A DNA stretch of 64,000 nt from Patescibacteria group bacterium (GTDB lineage: Bacteria > Patescibacteriota > Patescibacteriia > Patescibacteriales > GWC2-42-12): positions 56,791-120,790 of the forward strand of contig JAQVNC010000001.1 in assembly GCA_028703305.1 (NCBI GenBank). The letters are read 5' to 3'. Under the pieces are notes generated by a model, which searched no databases, was not told the DNA's origin, and saw only the letters and a list, made by a program, of their open reading frames with translations. Position 1 is the stretch's first letter. Each line of letters starts with the position of its first letter. The position numbers and the translations under genes were made by a program. Positions 16,759 through 25,514 of the stretch are shown one piece after another.

Positions 16759-18723
16759 TTATTTAATGTTAAAATTTTTAATATGTTTTTTTTCTTTTTC
16801 TGTAAGACTAAATTGATCCATTATATAATTATCCAATTCTTCATATTTGTCTTTTTTGGCTATTATATCATCTACTAATTTCATAATTATTTCAAAAATT
16901 TCTTTATTCCATAAAGGTAAAGGCATTTGTTCAATATGATTTCTCAAAACTTTTATACTCGAAAACTTTTTTTGAAAAATAAACTGATAAGGAGATGAGT
17001 TTAATAAAGCAACGATAACCTTAATTGGATAGTTTGGGATTTTGGGAATTACAATATTTGCACTATTTAAAGTTAATTTTTGCTTGTCATCATATGCAAA
17101 TATCAAATACTTTGAAATGAAGCGATAAATTAATTTTTCTTTAGCTCTATATTTTTCGATAGGAGCAACTTGTTGAAATTTTTCGGGAGTAAATTGTATG
17201 TAATTTGACGGATTACTTAAAATAAATTTATCAACTTCTTTTCCTTTATATATTTCTTCAAGTCCTTCTTTTTTTTCGCTCGTTATATATGCTTTGTTAT
17301 TGCCAGTAACAATACCAAGTGCCCAATCTGCTTGATTTGATAATGTTGTGTGCTGAATATCAAAAATTTTATCAATTATGCTTGTATCAAAGCCATTTGC
17401 ATGTATGTCAAAAACAAAGTCAATATTATTTTTCCACTTAGATTGTTCAATGAAATATTTTTCATTTTCTTTAAAAATTTCAATCTGTGTGTTTTCTATT
17501 CTGTTTTTTTCTAAATCAAGTCTGATAACTGGAGTAAATACATTTTTAAACACACGATTCAAACAAGAGACTTTTTTTATATGAGTATTTTTCAAAATAA
17601 TTTCTCGTATATCTTTGTGTGTTTTTACATTCAAAATTGATTCAGGCAAGATAAATGAAATAAATCCTCCGTCTTTTAGCAAATCAATACTCTTTTTTAA
17701 GAAATAAGAGAAAGATTCTAAAGATGTTATTTCAGGATAGGTTGTTTTTAATTTTTCTGTATCTAATTTTGAAAAATGAACACCCCAAGGTGGATTTGTC
17801 GCAATTACATCAAAATCTCTAATATTCTCGTCATTCAAACTAAATAAATCATAACTTCCAATTTCAAAAAGTGTATTTTTACAAACAATATTTGGTGCGA
17901 AGTTTTGATCTTTATATTTCATCAAGATATTTAATCTTGCGATTCTCACAGCTATTTCGTCTATATCAACTCCGTAAATATTTTTTGGATTTTCAACTGT
18001 ATCAGCAAATGCTAATAAAAATTGACCTGTTCCACAACAAGGGTCTAAAACTTTAGAATCTGTTTTTACATAATCCTTAATTATTTCATTAACGATTGTT
18101 TCTGGCGTATAATAAGAGCCTCCTTGTGATTTTTCCCCCTCAAGTAATAGTGATTGATAAAAAAATCCCAAAGTATCACGTTGTCTGGGGATAGAACAAT
18201 TTAACAAAAAGGAATATTCATCTTTAACATTATCAACACCAATATCTGATAACCATGCTTTGATTTCTTCTGAGATTTGTTTGTTGGTGGAAGATAAATT
18301 TTGTGTGATTAAATTTTGAATTGTAATATTTGAAAATATTTTTTCTTTTTGAAGTAAGTTAAGACTTAATAATAATAAAGAAAGTGAAGTATTAATATTA
18401 TTTTTTGAAACAAAGTCTAAAATTTTATTTATGTCATCAATACTAATCCCATCTTTTAAATATTCATCTGGAATAAAAGTCCTCTCTGCTTTAGATTTAT
18501 TTGCCCTTCCATTTAATTTGTCAAAATCACCATTTACTATGTTAGATTTGATATTTTCAATATCGGATAAACTAAAAGAATATCGTCTTTCATTGTTATA
18601 TGTTTTTAGATGACCGCATTTAACCCAATTTCTTACGGTCGCAGTTGAAATACCTAAAAAAGACGACGCTTTTTCAATGTCTATGATATTTTTTGCCTTA
18701 TTTGTAATAGTTAATTCCTGCAT
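16759..18723 (-). CDS. Gamma-class N6-adenine DNA methyltransferase with an N-terminal HTH and a C-terminal target-recognition domain
   Basis: N-terminal ASSFLGISTATVRNWVKCGHL (HTH); VLDPCCGTGQFLL (motif I) precedes DVIATNPPWG (motif IV); start taken at MQELTIT (18723), so the ORF-track N-extension is untranslated leader. Confidence 0.8.
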   Translation of the reverse strand: MQELTITNKAKNIIDIEKASSFLGISTATVRNWVKCGHLKTYNNERRYSFSLSDIENIKSNIVNGDFDKLNGRANKSKAERTFIPDEYLKDGISIDDINKILDFVSKNNINTSLSLLLLSLNLLQKEKIFSNITIQNLITQNLSSTNKQISEEIKAWLSDIGVDNVKDEYSFLLNCSIPRQRDTLGFFYQSLLLEGEKSQGGSYYTPETIVNEIIKDYVKTDSKVLDPCCGTGQFLLAFADTVENPKNIYGVDIDEIAVRIARLNILMKYKDQNFAPNIVCKNTLFEIGSYDLFSLNDENIRDFDVIATNPPWGVHFSKLDTEKLKTTYPEITSLESFSYFLKKSIDLLKDGGFISFILPESILNVKTHKDIREIILKNTHIKKVSCLNRVFKNVFTPVIRLDLEKNRIENTQIEIFKENEKYFIEQSKWKNNIDFVFDIHANGFDTSIIDKIFDIQHTTLSNQADWALGIVTGNNKAYITSEKKEGLEEIYKGKEVDKFILSNPSNYIQFTPEKFQQVAPIEKYRAKEKLIYRFISKYLIFAYDDKQKLTLNSANIVIPKIPNYPIKVIVALLNSSPYQFIFQKKFSSIKVLRNHIEQMPLPLWNKEIFEIIMKLVDDIIAKKDKYEELDNYIMDQFSLTEKEKKHIKNFNIK

Positions 18724-18771
18724 GGTAATTTGTCTTTTATAGTGTAATTGTATCTTGTTTTCAAAAATATT

Positions 18772-18806
18772 AAAATCGTTTTCGGAGCGATAGCGGAGAA
18801 AACACC
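18772..18806. repeat. Degenerate partial copy (D) of the GC-rich repeat in the 5' leader of the N6A-MTase
   Basis: aaaatcgttttcggagcgatagcggagaaaacacc versus repeat A aaatcgttttcgcggcggagcgg. Confidence 0.45.
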
Positions 18807-18879
18807 TTATACCCCCCTCTTTAAAAATTAAAAAAATCAAATTCCTTGTTTCTTAAAGCCCACCAAAAACATTTAAAAA

Positions 18880-19140
18880 AACAAATTTTTCAAAAATATG
18901 TCGCCTAACGCGCGCGTTGAGCAAAACCGCGAGCACCGAGCGTTAGCGAGGGCGGAGCGGTTTTGCTCAACGTATCCGAATATACGAAGTTCTAATTTTT
19001 TTCTGTGTTATAATTGTGCGGACACGCCAACGCAGAAAAAAATTAGAATTTAGGCGGAGATAAAATTCAACTCATTAATGTAATGTAAAAAGGAATTTTA
19101 TCGGAGCCGTATATTCGGTGTTATCGGATGTAAAATTTAT
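18880..19140. repeat. GC-rich repeat C: GCCTAAC-gcgcgc then the 66-bp core (18911..18976) then a variable module (cgaatatacg…cgtatattcg, with a nested ttctaatttttttctg…cagaaaaaaattagaa hairpin)
   Basis: 66-bp perfect identity with 15731..15796; the flanking stems covary around a central ATAT. Confidence 0.7.
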
Positions 19141-19152
19141 TAGCGGGCTTAT

Positions 19153-19482
19153 TTAAACGAAAATTTGAATAATATAATAATAAATGACACTTAAAACAAG
19201 TATTAAACTTGTTGCTTTGATAAATTGATTTTTTATTAATATCGAAAATTTGATTAAAAAGAACGTTAATGCCAAAAATATTATTAGCGGATAAATGCTC
19301 ATTATAACAAAAGCAGTGCCTCCAAAAACGGCTTGAATGCTTTCGTTGAAATCAGAAGGGTAGCCGTTTATTTTTGGAATTATAAATAAGTAACATGCTG
19401 ATAAAAATAATGAGCTTACAAAAAGAAGCGGAATTAATAAAAAATCAAATTTTTGGGGTCTTAAGATTTGTAGTGGTTTCAT
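19153..19482 (-). CDS. Hypothetical small membrane protein (3 TM segments)
   Basis: Hydrophobic profile only. Confidence 0.45.
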   Translation of the reverse strand: MKPLQILRPQKFDFLLIPLLFVSSLFLSACYLFIIPKINGYPSDFNESIQAVFGGTAFVIMSIYPLIIFLALTFFLIKFSILIKNQFIKATSLILVLSVIYYYIIQIFV

Positions 19483-19597
19483 TGTTATATTGTTAAAAAT
19501 TAGAAAGCTAATAAATTTTATTTCCGATAACTAGTTATATATGAACTTAATTATATTTTATTTAATTTTACAATAAAAATCAAATAAGGTTTTGGGT

Positions 19598-19634
19598 TTT
19601 TTTCTGGATTCCCGCCTGTGCGGGAATGACAAGC
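19598..19634 (+). repeat. Short hairpin repeat ttttctggattcccgcctgtgcgggaatgacaa (S2)
   Basis: Same consensus as the copies at 20845, 50640, 11187 and 62333. Confidence 0.65.
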
Positions 19635-19638
19635 GGGA

Positions 19639-20814
19639 TTATTTTTCCAATATAACTATCTCCCGCCAAACCTTTTGCCCGTCGCGGCCGTAGATAATAC
19701 TGTCGCGGTTGGTTATTTTTAGAAAAATATTTTTTTTCAGGTTGGCCGGTATAGAGCCAATAATTTTATAACCATCTATGTTAGGGTAGATAAAAGTTGA
19801 AAGTTTTCCCTGAAACACGGGCCAAATCATCACGATTTTACCACCGGGTTTTAAAATTTTTTTAAATTCTCTTAAACTTTCGGAATATAATTTTTCCAGT
19901 TCAGTTTTTATTTTATTAATCGGCGTATTGCCTCTTTGCGGGCCTAAATACGGTTCGGTAATAATAAAATCTATTGAATTCGGCGCAATGTGTTTTGAAA
20001 TTTGCGCGGCGTCAGAATGAAAAAGCTTAAAATTTAAAGCTTCAAGTTTAAAATTAGATTGAACCCAGGCGAGATTATTTTTTGTGTCTCCGAGAGCCCT
20101 GTCGGATATATCAGAACCGGTTATTTTTTTATAGCCCATTAAAGCCGCTTCGGTAATAATCGTGCCAGAACCGCAAAATGGATCTAAAATAGCCGCGCCT
20201 AAATCCGCGCCAGCTAAATTTATCATAATCTGCGCCAGCTTGGGCGGCAACATGCCGGAATAATCGTCGCGCGCCGGCCGGCCGTAATCTCTAAATGACA
20301 ATTCTTTAAACGGCTGGACGGCCAGGGTTTTTCCTAAAAGTAATTTTTTATTAAATTCAATAATAACGATTTCCACGCCTTTGTCCGTAACTAATTTGTT
20401 CTGCTCCACCACTACGCTTGATAAAGTCGGTTCCCGGCTTATAACCCAGCGGCTATTTATGCCTGACTCTTTAAGTAATTTTTTAAATTCCATGCCTAAA
20501 ACTTTTAAGTTAATTTTACTTTTACCATAATAAGAAATGCCAAAATTAAATTTTGAATCACTTTTTTCCGGTTTGGCGAAGCTGGTAGCTGATTTTAAAA
20601 TGTCTTTAACAGCAATTGAAGCTGGCTCGCCATGAATTAGGCCGAATTTAACGGTGCCGCCGATTTTTTTAATAATATTAGCCTTTATTTCTTCGTTAGT
20701 TTCTAAAATCGCGATATTTTTTTGAATTAAAGAAAATTGGCCATGATTAAAAACGGCCGTTAGTTCGGCTAAGGATAAAGTCGGGTTGGTGCCCAGAATG
20801 AAGAAATAACGCAT
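19639..20814 (-). CDS. THUMP-domain RNA methyltransferase (RlmL/Trm-G10-like, UPF0020)
   Basis: N-terminal THUMP-like region plus DPFCGSGTIITEAALMGYKKITGSDIS…, a SAM-binding methylase core. Confidence 0.7.
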   Translation of the reverse strand: MRYFFILGTNPTLSLAELTAVFNHGQFSLIQKNIAILETNEEIKANIIKKIGGTVKFGLIHGEPASIAVKDILKSATSFAKPEKSDSKFNFGISYYGKSKINLKVLGMEFKKLLKESGINSRWVISREPTLSSVVVEQNKLVTDKGVEIVIIEFNKKLLLGKTLAVQPFKELSFRDYGRPARDDYSGMLPPKLAQIMINLAGADLGAAILDPFCGSGTIITEAALMGYKKITGSDISDRALGDTKNNLAWVQSNFKLEALNFKLFHSDAAQISKHIAPNSIDFIITEPYLGPQRGNTPINKIKTELEKLYSESLREFKKILKPGGKIVMIWPVFQGKLSTFIYPNIDGYKIIGSIPANLKKNIFLKITNRDSIIYGRDGQKVWREIVILEK

Positions 20815-20844
20815 ATTTTTAGTAAATTGATTTTGCTGATGATT

Positions 20845-20877
20845 TTTTCTGGATTCCCGCTTTCGCGGGAATGACGA
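20845..20877 (+). repeat. Short hairpin repeat ttttctggattcccgctttcgcgggaatgacgaa (S3)
   Basis: Consensus family member; lies in the THUMP-MTase upstream region. Confidence 0.6.
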
Positions 20878-21114
20878 AGGTAATTTAATTAAACCTTAGC
20901 ATAAGAATATGGCTCTTGCAATTTATTTTTGGCTGTGGTAATGTATGAATACAATTTAATTTAACCTTTCCCATATTTAACTGCTAGTGCTGTTAAATAG
21001 CCTGGCGCAAAGCCAGACTAAAGGTATTCTCAAGTAATCCCATGATTGGCAATTCAAGCCGCGAGAATATCTTGGGATTTTTGTTAATAAGGCAAAAATT
21101 AACCAATTAAAATT

Positions 21115-21606
21115 ATGTCCAGAACAAAATCCAGCGAAATTCCCCATTACGAATTGCTTTACTTAATCTCCAATAAGTTCAGCGAAGATGAGGTAAAACC
21201 AATCGTGGAAAAAGTAAATTCTTTGATTGTAAGCAATCAGGGTAAAATAACCTTGGCCGAAGATTTAGGCAAAAAGAGGTTGGCTTATCCGATAAAAGGC
21301 TTTCGTTACGGCTATTATGATTTAGCCGAGTTTGATATGCCGGGAGAAAATTTAATCAATCTTGATCGCGCTTTGCGCATGATGAATGAAGTTTTAAGGC
21401 ATCAAATCGTTACCAAAATCGTAAAAACCGCCGAGCAGATAGCCGAAGACAAAAAAATCGCCGAGAAAATCGCGGCTCGCAACGACAAAGCGGAAAAAGA
21501 AGAAGAGAAAAAAGAAAAAGCCAAAGAAGCCGATAAAGAAAAAGTTGATTTAAAAGATTTGGACGAAAAGCTAGATAAAATTTTAGAAACCAACGATTTG
21601 CTATAA
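21115..21606 (+). CDS. rpsF: 30S ribosomal protein S6 with a Lys/Glu-rich C-terminal tail
   Basis: HYELLYLISNKFSEDEVKPIVEKV… is an S6-like N-terminus; part of the conserved rpsF-ssb-rpsR gene order. Confidence 0.85.
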   Translation: MSRTKSSEIPHYELLYLISNKFSEDEVKPIVEKVNSLIVSNQGKITLAEDLGKKRLAYPIKGFRYGYYDLAEFDMPGENLINLDRALRMMNEVLRHQIVTKIVKTAEQIAEDKKIAEKIAARNDKAEKEEEKKEKAKEADKEKVDLKDLDEKLDKILETNDLL

Positions 21607-21643
21607 TTATTATAAAATTTAATTTATAAATAAACTCAAATTT

Positions 21644-22114
21644 ATGAATTTGAACAAAGCCATGATCATTGGCAATTTGACTCGAGACCCGGAAATAAGG
21701 ACTACGCCAACCGGGCAGACAGTAGCTTCATTCTCGGTCGCGACCAATTACGTTTGGACCGACCAATCAGGCCAGAAAAGAGACAAAGCTGAATTCCATA
21801 ACATTGTCGCTTGGAGGCGGTTAGCGGAAATTTGCGGCCAATACTTAAAGAAGGGGTCAAAAATTTATATTGAAGGCAGGATGCAGACTCGCGACTGGGT
21901 CGGCCAGGACGGAGTCAAGCGCTATCGCACGGAAATTATCGCTGAAAATATGATCATGTTAGATCGCGCCGGCGCCGGTACAGGCGGGTCATTTAGCCGC
22001 CCGGAAGAGCCGCCGATGCCAAGCGAACCGGTGATTGACGTTGAAGAAGCGGTCGGTATGGGCGATGGCGGCGTGAGCGAAGAAGAAATCAGAGTTGAAA
22101 ATATACCATTTTAA
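21644..22114 (+). CDS. ssb: Single-stranded DNA-binding protein
   Basis: MNLNKAMIIGNLTRDPEIRTTPTGQTVASFSVATN OB-fold N-terminus and an acidic C-terminal tip (EEEIRVENIPF). Confidence 0.9.
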   Translation: MNLNKAMIIGNLTRDPEIRTTPTGQTVASFSVATNYVWTDQSGQKRDKAEFHNIVAWRRLAEICGQYLKKGSKIYIEGRMQTRDWVGQDGVKRYRTEIIAENMIMLDRAGAGTGGSFSRPEEPPMPSEPVIDVEEAVGMGDGGVSEEEIRVENIPF

Positions 22115-22121
22115 ATACTTA

Positions 22122-22234
22122 GTCATTGCGAGCGAACGGAGTGAGCGAAGCAATCTCACGTATGAGAAGTTTAAATTATAATTTTTACTTCGTGGGATTG
22201 CTTCGTCGCCTATTACGGCTCCTCGCAATAACAA
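22122..22234. repeat. Nested palindromic repeat L1 (gtcattgcgag…gaagcaatctcac…gtgggattgcttc…ctcgcaataacaa), intercistronic between ssb and rpsR
   Basis: Outer and inner inverted blocks shared with five other copies. Confidence 0.75.
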
Positions 22235-22245
22235 TTCATATTACT

Positions 22246-22467
22246 ATGGAAGAAACAATTAAAAAAGAAAAACGATGCCATTTTTGCGTTGAGAACTTAA
22301 AAGACATTGATTACAAAGACGCTAATTTACTGCGCCGGTTTATAAATTCTTACGGCAAGATTTTACCCAAGAAAAGAACCGGCACCTGCGCGAAACATCA
22401 GCGCAAGCTGGCGGCTTCAATTAAGCGCGCTCGAGTGATGGCTATTTTGCCGTTCACCAATAAATAA
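22246..22467 (+). CDS. rpsR: 30S ribosomal protein S18
   Basis: Translation from the ATG at 22246 ([70 protein letters not shown]); the ORF-track N-extension is repeat-derived. Confidence 0.85.
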   Translation: MEETIKKEKRCHFCVENLKDIDYKDANLLRRFINSYGKILPKKRTGTCAKHQRKLAASIKRARVMAILPFTNK

Positions 22468-22487
22468 TCTTCATAAGCAAATATAAT

Positions 22488-23045
22488 ATGTTAAGTTTAA
22501 GCGAAATTAAAATTGGCGCTTTGTTAAAAATTGCCGGCGAACCTTACGCGGTGATTAAAGCCGACCATCATAAAATGGGGCGCGGCGGAGCGGTTCTAAA
22601 AACCAAATTAAAAAATTTAATTAACGGCAATATTTTGGAGCAAACTTTCCAGGGTTCTGATAAAGCCGAAGAAGCCGAAACCGATACCCAGAAAGCCAAT
22701 TATTTATATAAGACTGACAGCGAGGCCAGTTTTATGAATAATGAAAGCTATGAGCAATTTAGCTTGCCTTTAGAGCAGATCGGCGATATGTTGAAATTTT
22801 TAAAAGAAGGCACGGATATAGATGTTTTATATTTTCAAGGCAATCCGGTAGCCTTAAAATTGCCGATTAAAATCGCTTTAAAAGTTGTTAGCGCCCCCCC
22901 TGGAGTTAAAGGCAACTCGGCCGGCAATGTTACCAAGGCGGTTGAGCTGGAAACCGGAACGCAATTAAATGTGCCCATGTTTATTAACGAAGGCGATATA
23001 GTAATCGTCAATACCGATACGGGTGAATATGTCAGCCGGGCGTAG
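22488..23045 (+). CDS. efp: Elongation factor P
   Basis: KIGALLKIAGEPYAVIKADHHKMGRGGAVLKTKLKNL (KOW) with OB domains II and III. Confidence 0.9.
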   Translation: MLSLSEIKIGALLKIAGEPYAVIKADHHKMGRGGAVLKTKLKNLINGNILEQTFQGSDKAEEAETDTQKANYLYKTDSEASFMNNESYEQFSLPLEQIGDMLKFLKEGTDIDVLYFQGNPVALKLPIKIALKVVSAPPGVKGNSAGNVTKAVELETGTQLNVPMFINEGDIVIVNTDTGEYVSRA

Positions 23046-23107
23046 ATAAAAAATAAATTTGCATAAATAAAAAACAGAGGCTAAATTGCCTCTGTTTTTT
23101 TTAAATT

Positions 23108-23245
23108 GTCATTGCGAGCGTTAGCGAAGCAATCTCACGAACAATTTAAATAGAATAAATTTTTATTGCAGTGATAATCTATGATTTTAATAAATAGTAT
23201 GTGAGATTGCTTCGTCGCACGAGTACGTACTCCTCGCAATGACAA
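23108..23245. repeat. Nested palindromic repeat L2, between the efp and recA 3' ends
   Basis: gtcattgcgagcgttagcgaagcaatctcac…gtgagattgcttcgtcgcacgagtacgtactcctcgcaatgacaa. Confidence 0.75.
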
Positions 23246-23252
23246 ACCGAGA

Positions 23253-24290
23253 TTAGGCTTCAACTTCCTTTGCTTCCACTTCCGAGAGAATCCTTTTTCT
23301 GATTTCTTTCATTAATTTTTTATCGGCGCGCAGAAATCTTTTGGCGTTTTCCCGGCCTACGCCCAATTTTATATCGCCGAAGCTATAGGAGTTGCCGGAT
23401 TTGCTGACCACGCCATTAGCTACACCGGTATCTAATAAATCGCCGGAGATAGAAATGCCTTCATTATACATAATATCAAACTCGCAAGCCCGAAACGGCG
23501 CTGCCACTTTATTCTTAACCACTTTGGCTTTAACGCGGTTGCCGATAATTTTGTCGCCTTGTTTAATTTGGGCTGCTCTTCTCACTTCAATTCTGACCGA
23601 AGCATAAAATTTCAAGGCTGTGCCGCCGGTAGTGGTTTCCGGGTTGCCGAAGAAGACACCGATTTTCATCCTAATCTGATTTATGAAAATAACCACGGTT
23701 TTAGTTTTGGCAATAGTGCCGGTTAGCTTTCTTAAGGCTTGGCTCATGAGCCGCGCCTGGAGCCCCATATGAGAATCTCCCATGTCGCCTTCAATTTCTT
23801 TTTGCGGCACCAGCGCGGCTACCGAGTCAACCACCACCACATCAACCGCGTTGGAACGGACCAAAGTTTCCAATATTTCCAAGGCTTGCTCGCCGGTGTC
23901 AGGCTGGCTGATCAGCATTTCTTTGACGTTAATGCCTATTTTTTCCGCGTATTCAGGATCTAAAGCATGTTCGGCGTCAATAAAAGCGGCAATACCTCCC
24001 ATTTTTTGCACCTCGCTGATAATATGCTGGGCCAAGGTGGTTTTACCGCTGGCTTCCGGGCCGAAAATTTCTATAATGCGGCCGCGCGGCACGCCGTTTA
24101 TGCCTAAAGCGATATCTAAGGATAAGCAGCCGGTCGGCACGGCGTCAACGTCTGATTTCTTAGCATCGCCGAACCTCATAATCGCGCCTTCGCCGTATTT
24201 TTCCTTAATTTGTTCTATGGCCGATTGAGCCGCCTGCATTTTTTCGTCGGATTCGCTTCTCTCTTTATTAGCCTTTATTTTAGTGTCCAT
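23253..24290 (-). CDS. recA: Recombinase RecA
   Basis: [13 protein letters not shown] Walker A, L1/L2 loops and overall RecA length. Confidence 0.95.
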   Translation of the reverse strand: MDTKIKANKERSESDEKMQAAQSAIEQIKEKYGEGAIMRFGDAKKSDVDAVPTGCLSLDIALGINGVPRGRIIEIFGPEASGKTTLAQHIISEVQKMGGIAAFIDAEHALDPEYAEKIGINVKEMLISQPDTGEQALEILETLVRSNAVDVVVVDSVAALVPQKEIEGDMGDSHMGLQARLMSQALRKLTGTIAKTKTVVIFINQIRMKIGVFFGNPETTTGGTALKFYASVRIEVRRAAQIKQGDKIIGNRVKAKVVKNKVAAPFRACEFDIMYNEGISISGDLLDTGVANGVVSKSGNSYSFGDIKLGVGRENAKRFLRADKKLMKEIRKRILSEVEAKEVEA

Positions 24291-24388
24291 ATTATATAAT
24301 TTAATAAATTAAAAAAGGGTATAACAACCCCCTTGTTATTTATATAATAGACTATTTTAAAATTATTGGCAATTAAACAATATAACCT

Positions 24389-25063
24389 TTATTCTTTAAC
24401 TAAAATTTGTCTAACGACCGTATTGCCGCGGCTATGCTTTTTATTGGCGGTTATGGTTATGATATTTATGCCGTTTTTAAGGCTGATAGTCTGGGAAAAA
24501 TCGCCGTTTTTATCGGTTAAAACGGTTTGGCCGTTAATTATCAAGCTGGCTTCGGCTTCAGTATGCCCGCTTACTTCCAAAGAAGTCTGGCTGGTAGTTA
24601 AGTTGGCGGCCGGGCTGTTTATAATCAGTAGTGGCGGCGAAATTATTTTATTGACGCGATAGCCTAGATATATAAAACAGACGCAGATAATTAAAAAAAT
24701 TATGACATTTTTTAAAATTTTCGGCATGGCTAAAAGGTAGCGTTTTTTTACAACTTGTTTGGAAAATATTTCTTTATTTCTTTTAGGCTCCAAGACATTA
24801 ATTTCGGCTTCAAAATCAGCGGCCAGTTTTTTATAGTCCAAACCTAAAAAAAGCGCGTATTCGCGCAAAAAGTTTTTTCCGTAGACTCCATGGGGCAGTT
24901 TTTCGTATTCGCCTTTTTCCAAAGCTATTAAGTATTTTTCGTTGATGTTTAGTTTTTTGGCGATTTGAGAAAGCTTTAGTTTTTTCTCTTGCCTTCTGCT
25001 CCTAAGTTGCTCGGAAACCGTCTCGGAGTCTAAATAAATTTTATTGGATTTAAATAAATTCAT
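24389..25063 (-). CDS. RodZ-like cytoskeleton protein (XRE-type HTH + TM + C-terminal domain)
   Basis: N-terminal LRSRRQEKKLKLSQIAKKLNINEKYLIALEKGEYEKLP (HTH), a single TM helix and an extracytoplasmic C-terminus. Confidence 0.6.
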   Translation of the reverse strand: MNLFKSNKIYLDSETVSEQLRSRRQEKKLKLSQIAKKLNINEKYLIALEKGEYEKLPHGVYGKNFLREYALFLGLDYKKLAADFEAEINVLEPKRNKEIFSKQVVKKRYLLAMPKILKNVIIFLIICVCFIYLGYRVNKIISPPLLIINSPAANLTTSQTSLEVSGHTEAEASLIINGQTVLTDKNGDFSQTISLKNGINIITITANKKHSRGNTVVRQILVKE

Positions 25064-25066
25064 TGA

Positions 25067-25501
25067 TTATTTATTAAACCAAGTTGAGGTTGCCCAATTG
25101 CCGCTAATGCCTAAAGAAGTAAAGACTAATTGGATTATCATGTAGCTGGTAAAAACAATAACCAAGCCGACAACCGCGCCGATTAAAGTTTGCTTGCCGC
25201 GTGTTACCCATTCCGGATTGCCGGCCGACAGCATCATCATTAAGCCGCCGGCCACGAAAGCCAATAAGGCTAAGGAGCCGACAATGCCGAGAATAATTTT
25301 AGTGGCATTAATAGCTATCCTGGTAAAATCATTTAATTCGCATGTGCCGGTAGTCATGCAGGCGCTTTTAGCATTTAATGCCATATCGCTGTTTTCTGTG
25401 GGGTCATTAAGCAATGGAGCCGCCTTTACCGTCAAAATACCAATAGCAAAAACATTAATCAAGAGAAAAAGTATGATTGAAAATTTTATAATGTTTTTCA
25501 T
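25067..25501 (-). CDS. TrbC/VirB2-family pilin-like protein
   Basis: Signal peptide plus two hydrophobic helices around GGLMMMLSAGNPEWVTRGKQTLIGAVVGLVIVF. Confidence 0.5.
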   Translation of the reverse strand: MKNIIKFSIILFLLINVFAIGILTVKAAPLLNDPTENSDMALNAKSACMTTGTCELNDFTRIAINATKIILGIVGSLALLAFVAGGLMMMLSAGNPEWVTRGKQTLIGAVVGLVIVFTSYMIIQLVFTSLGISGNWATSTWFNK

Positions 25502-25514
25502 TTGATTTATTTTA

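Noticed and set aside
14900-19200. A canonical integron with intI and attI.
   Set aside because: No tyrosine-recombinase gene is present anywhere in the window. The box order of the GC repeats (GTTGAGC…GCTCAAC) is inverted relative to canonical attC (RYYYAAC…GTTRRRY). I kept it only as an attC-like hypothesis.
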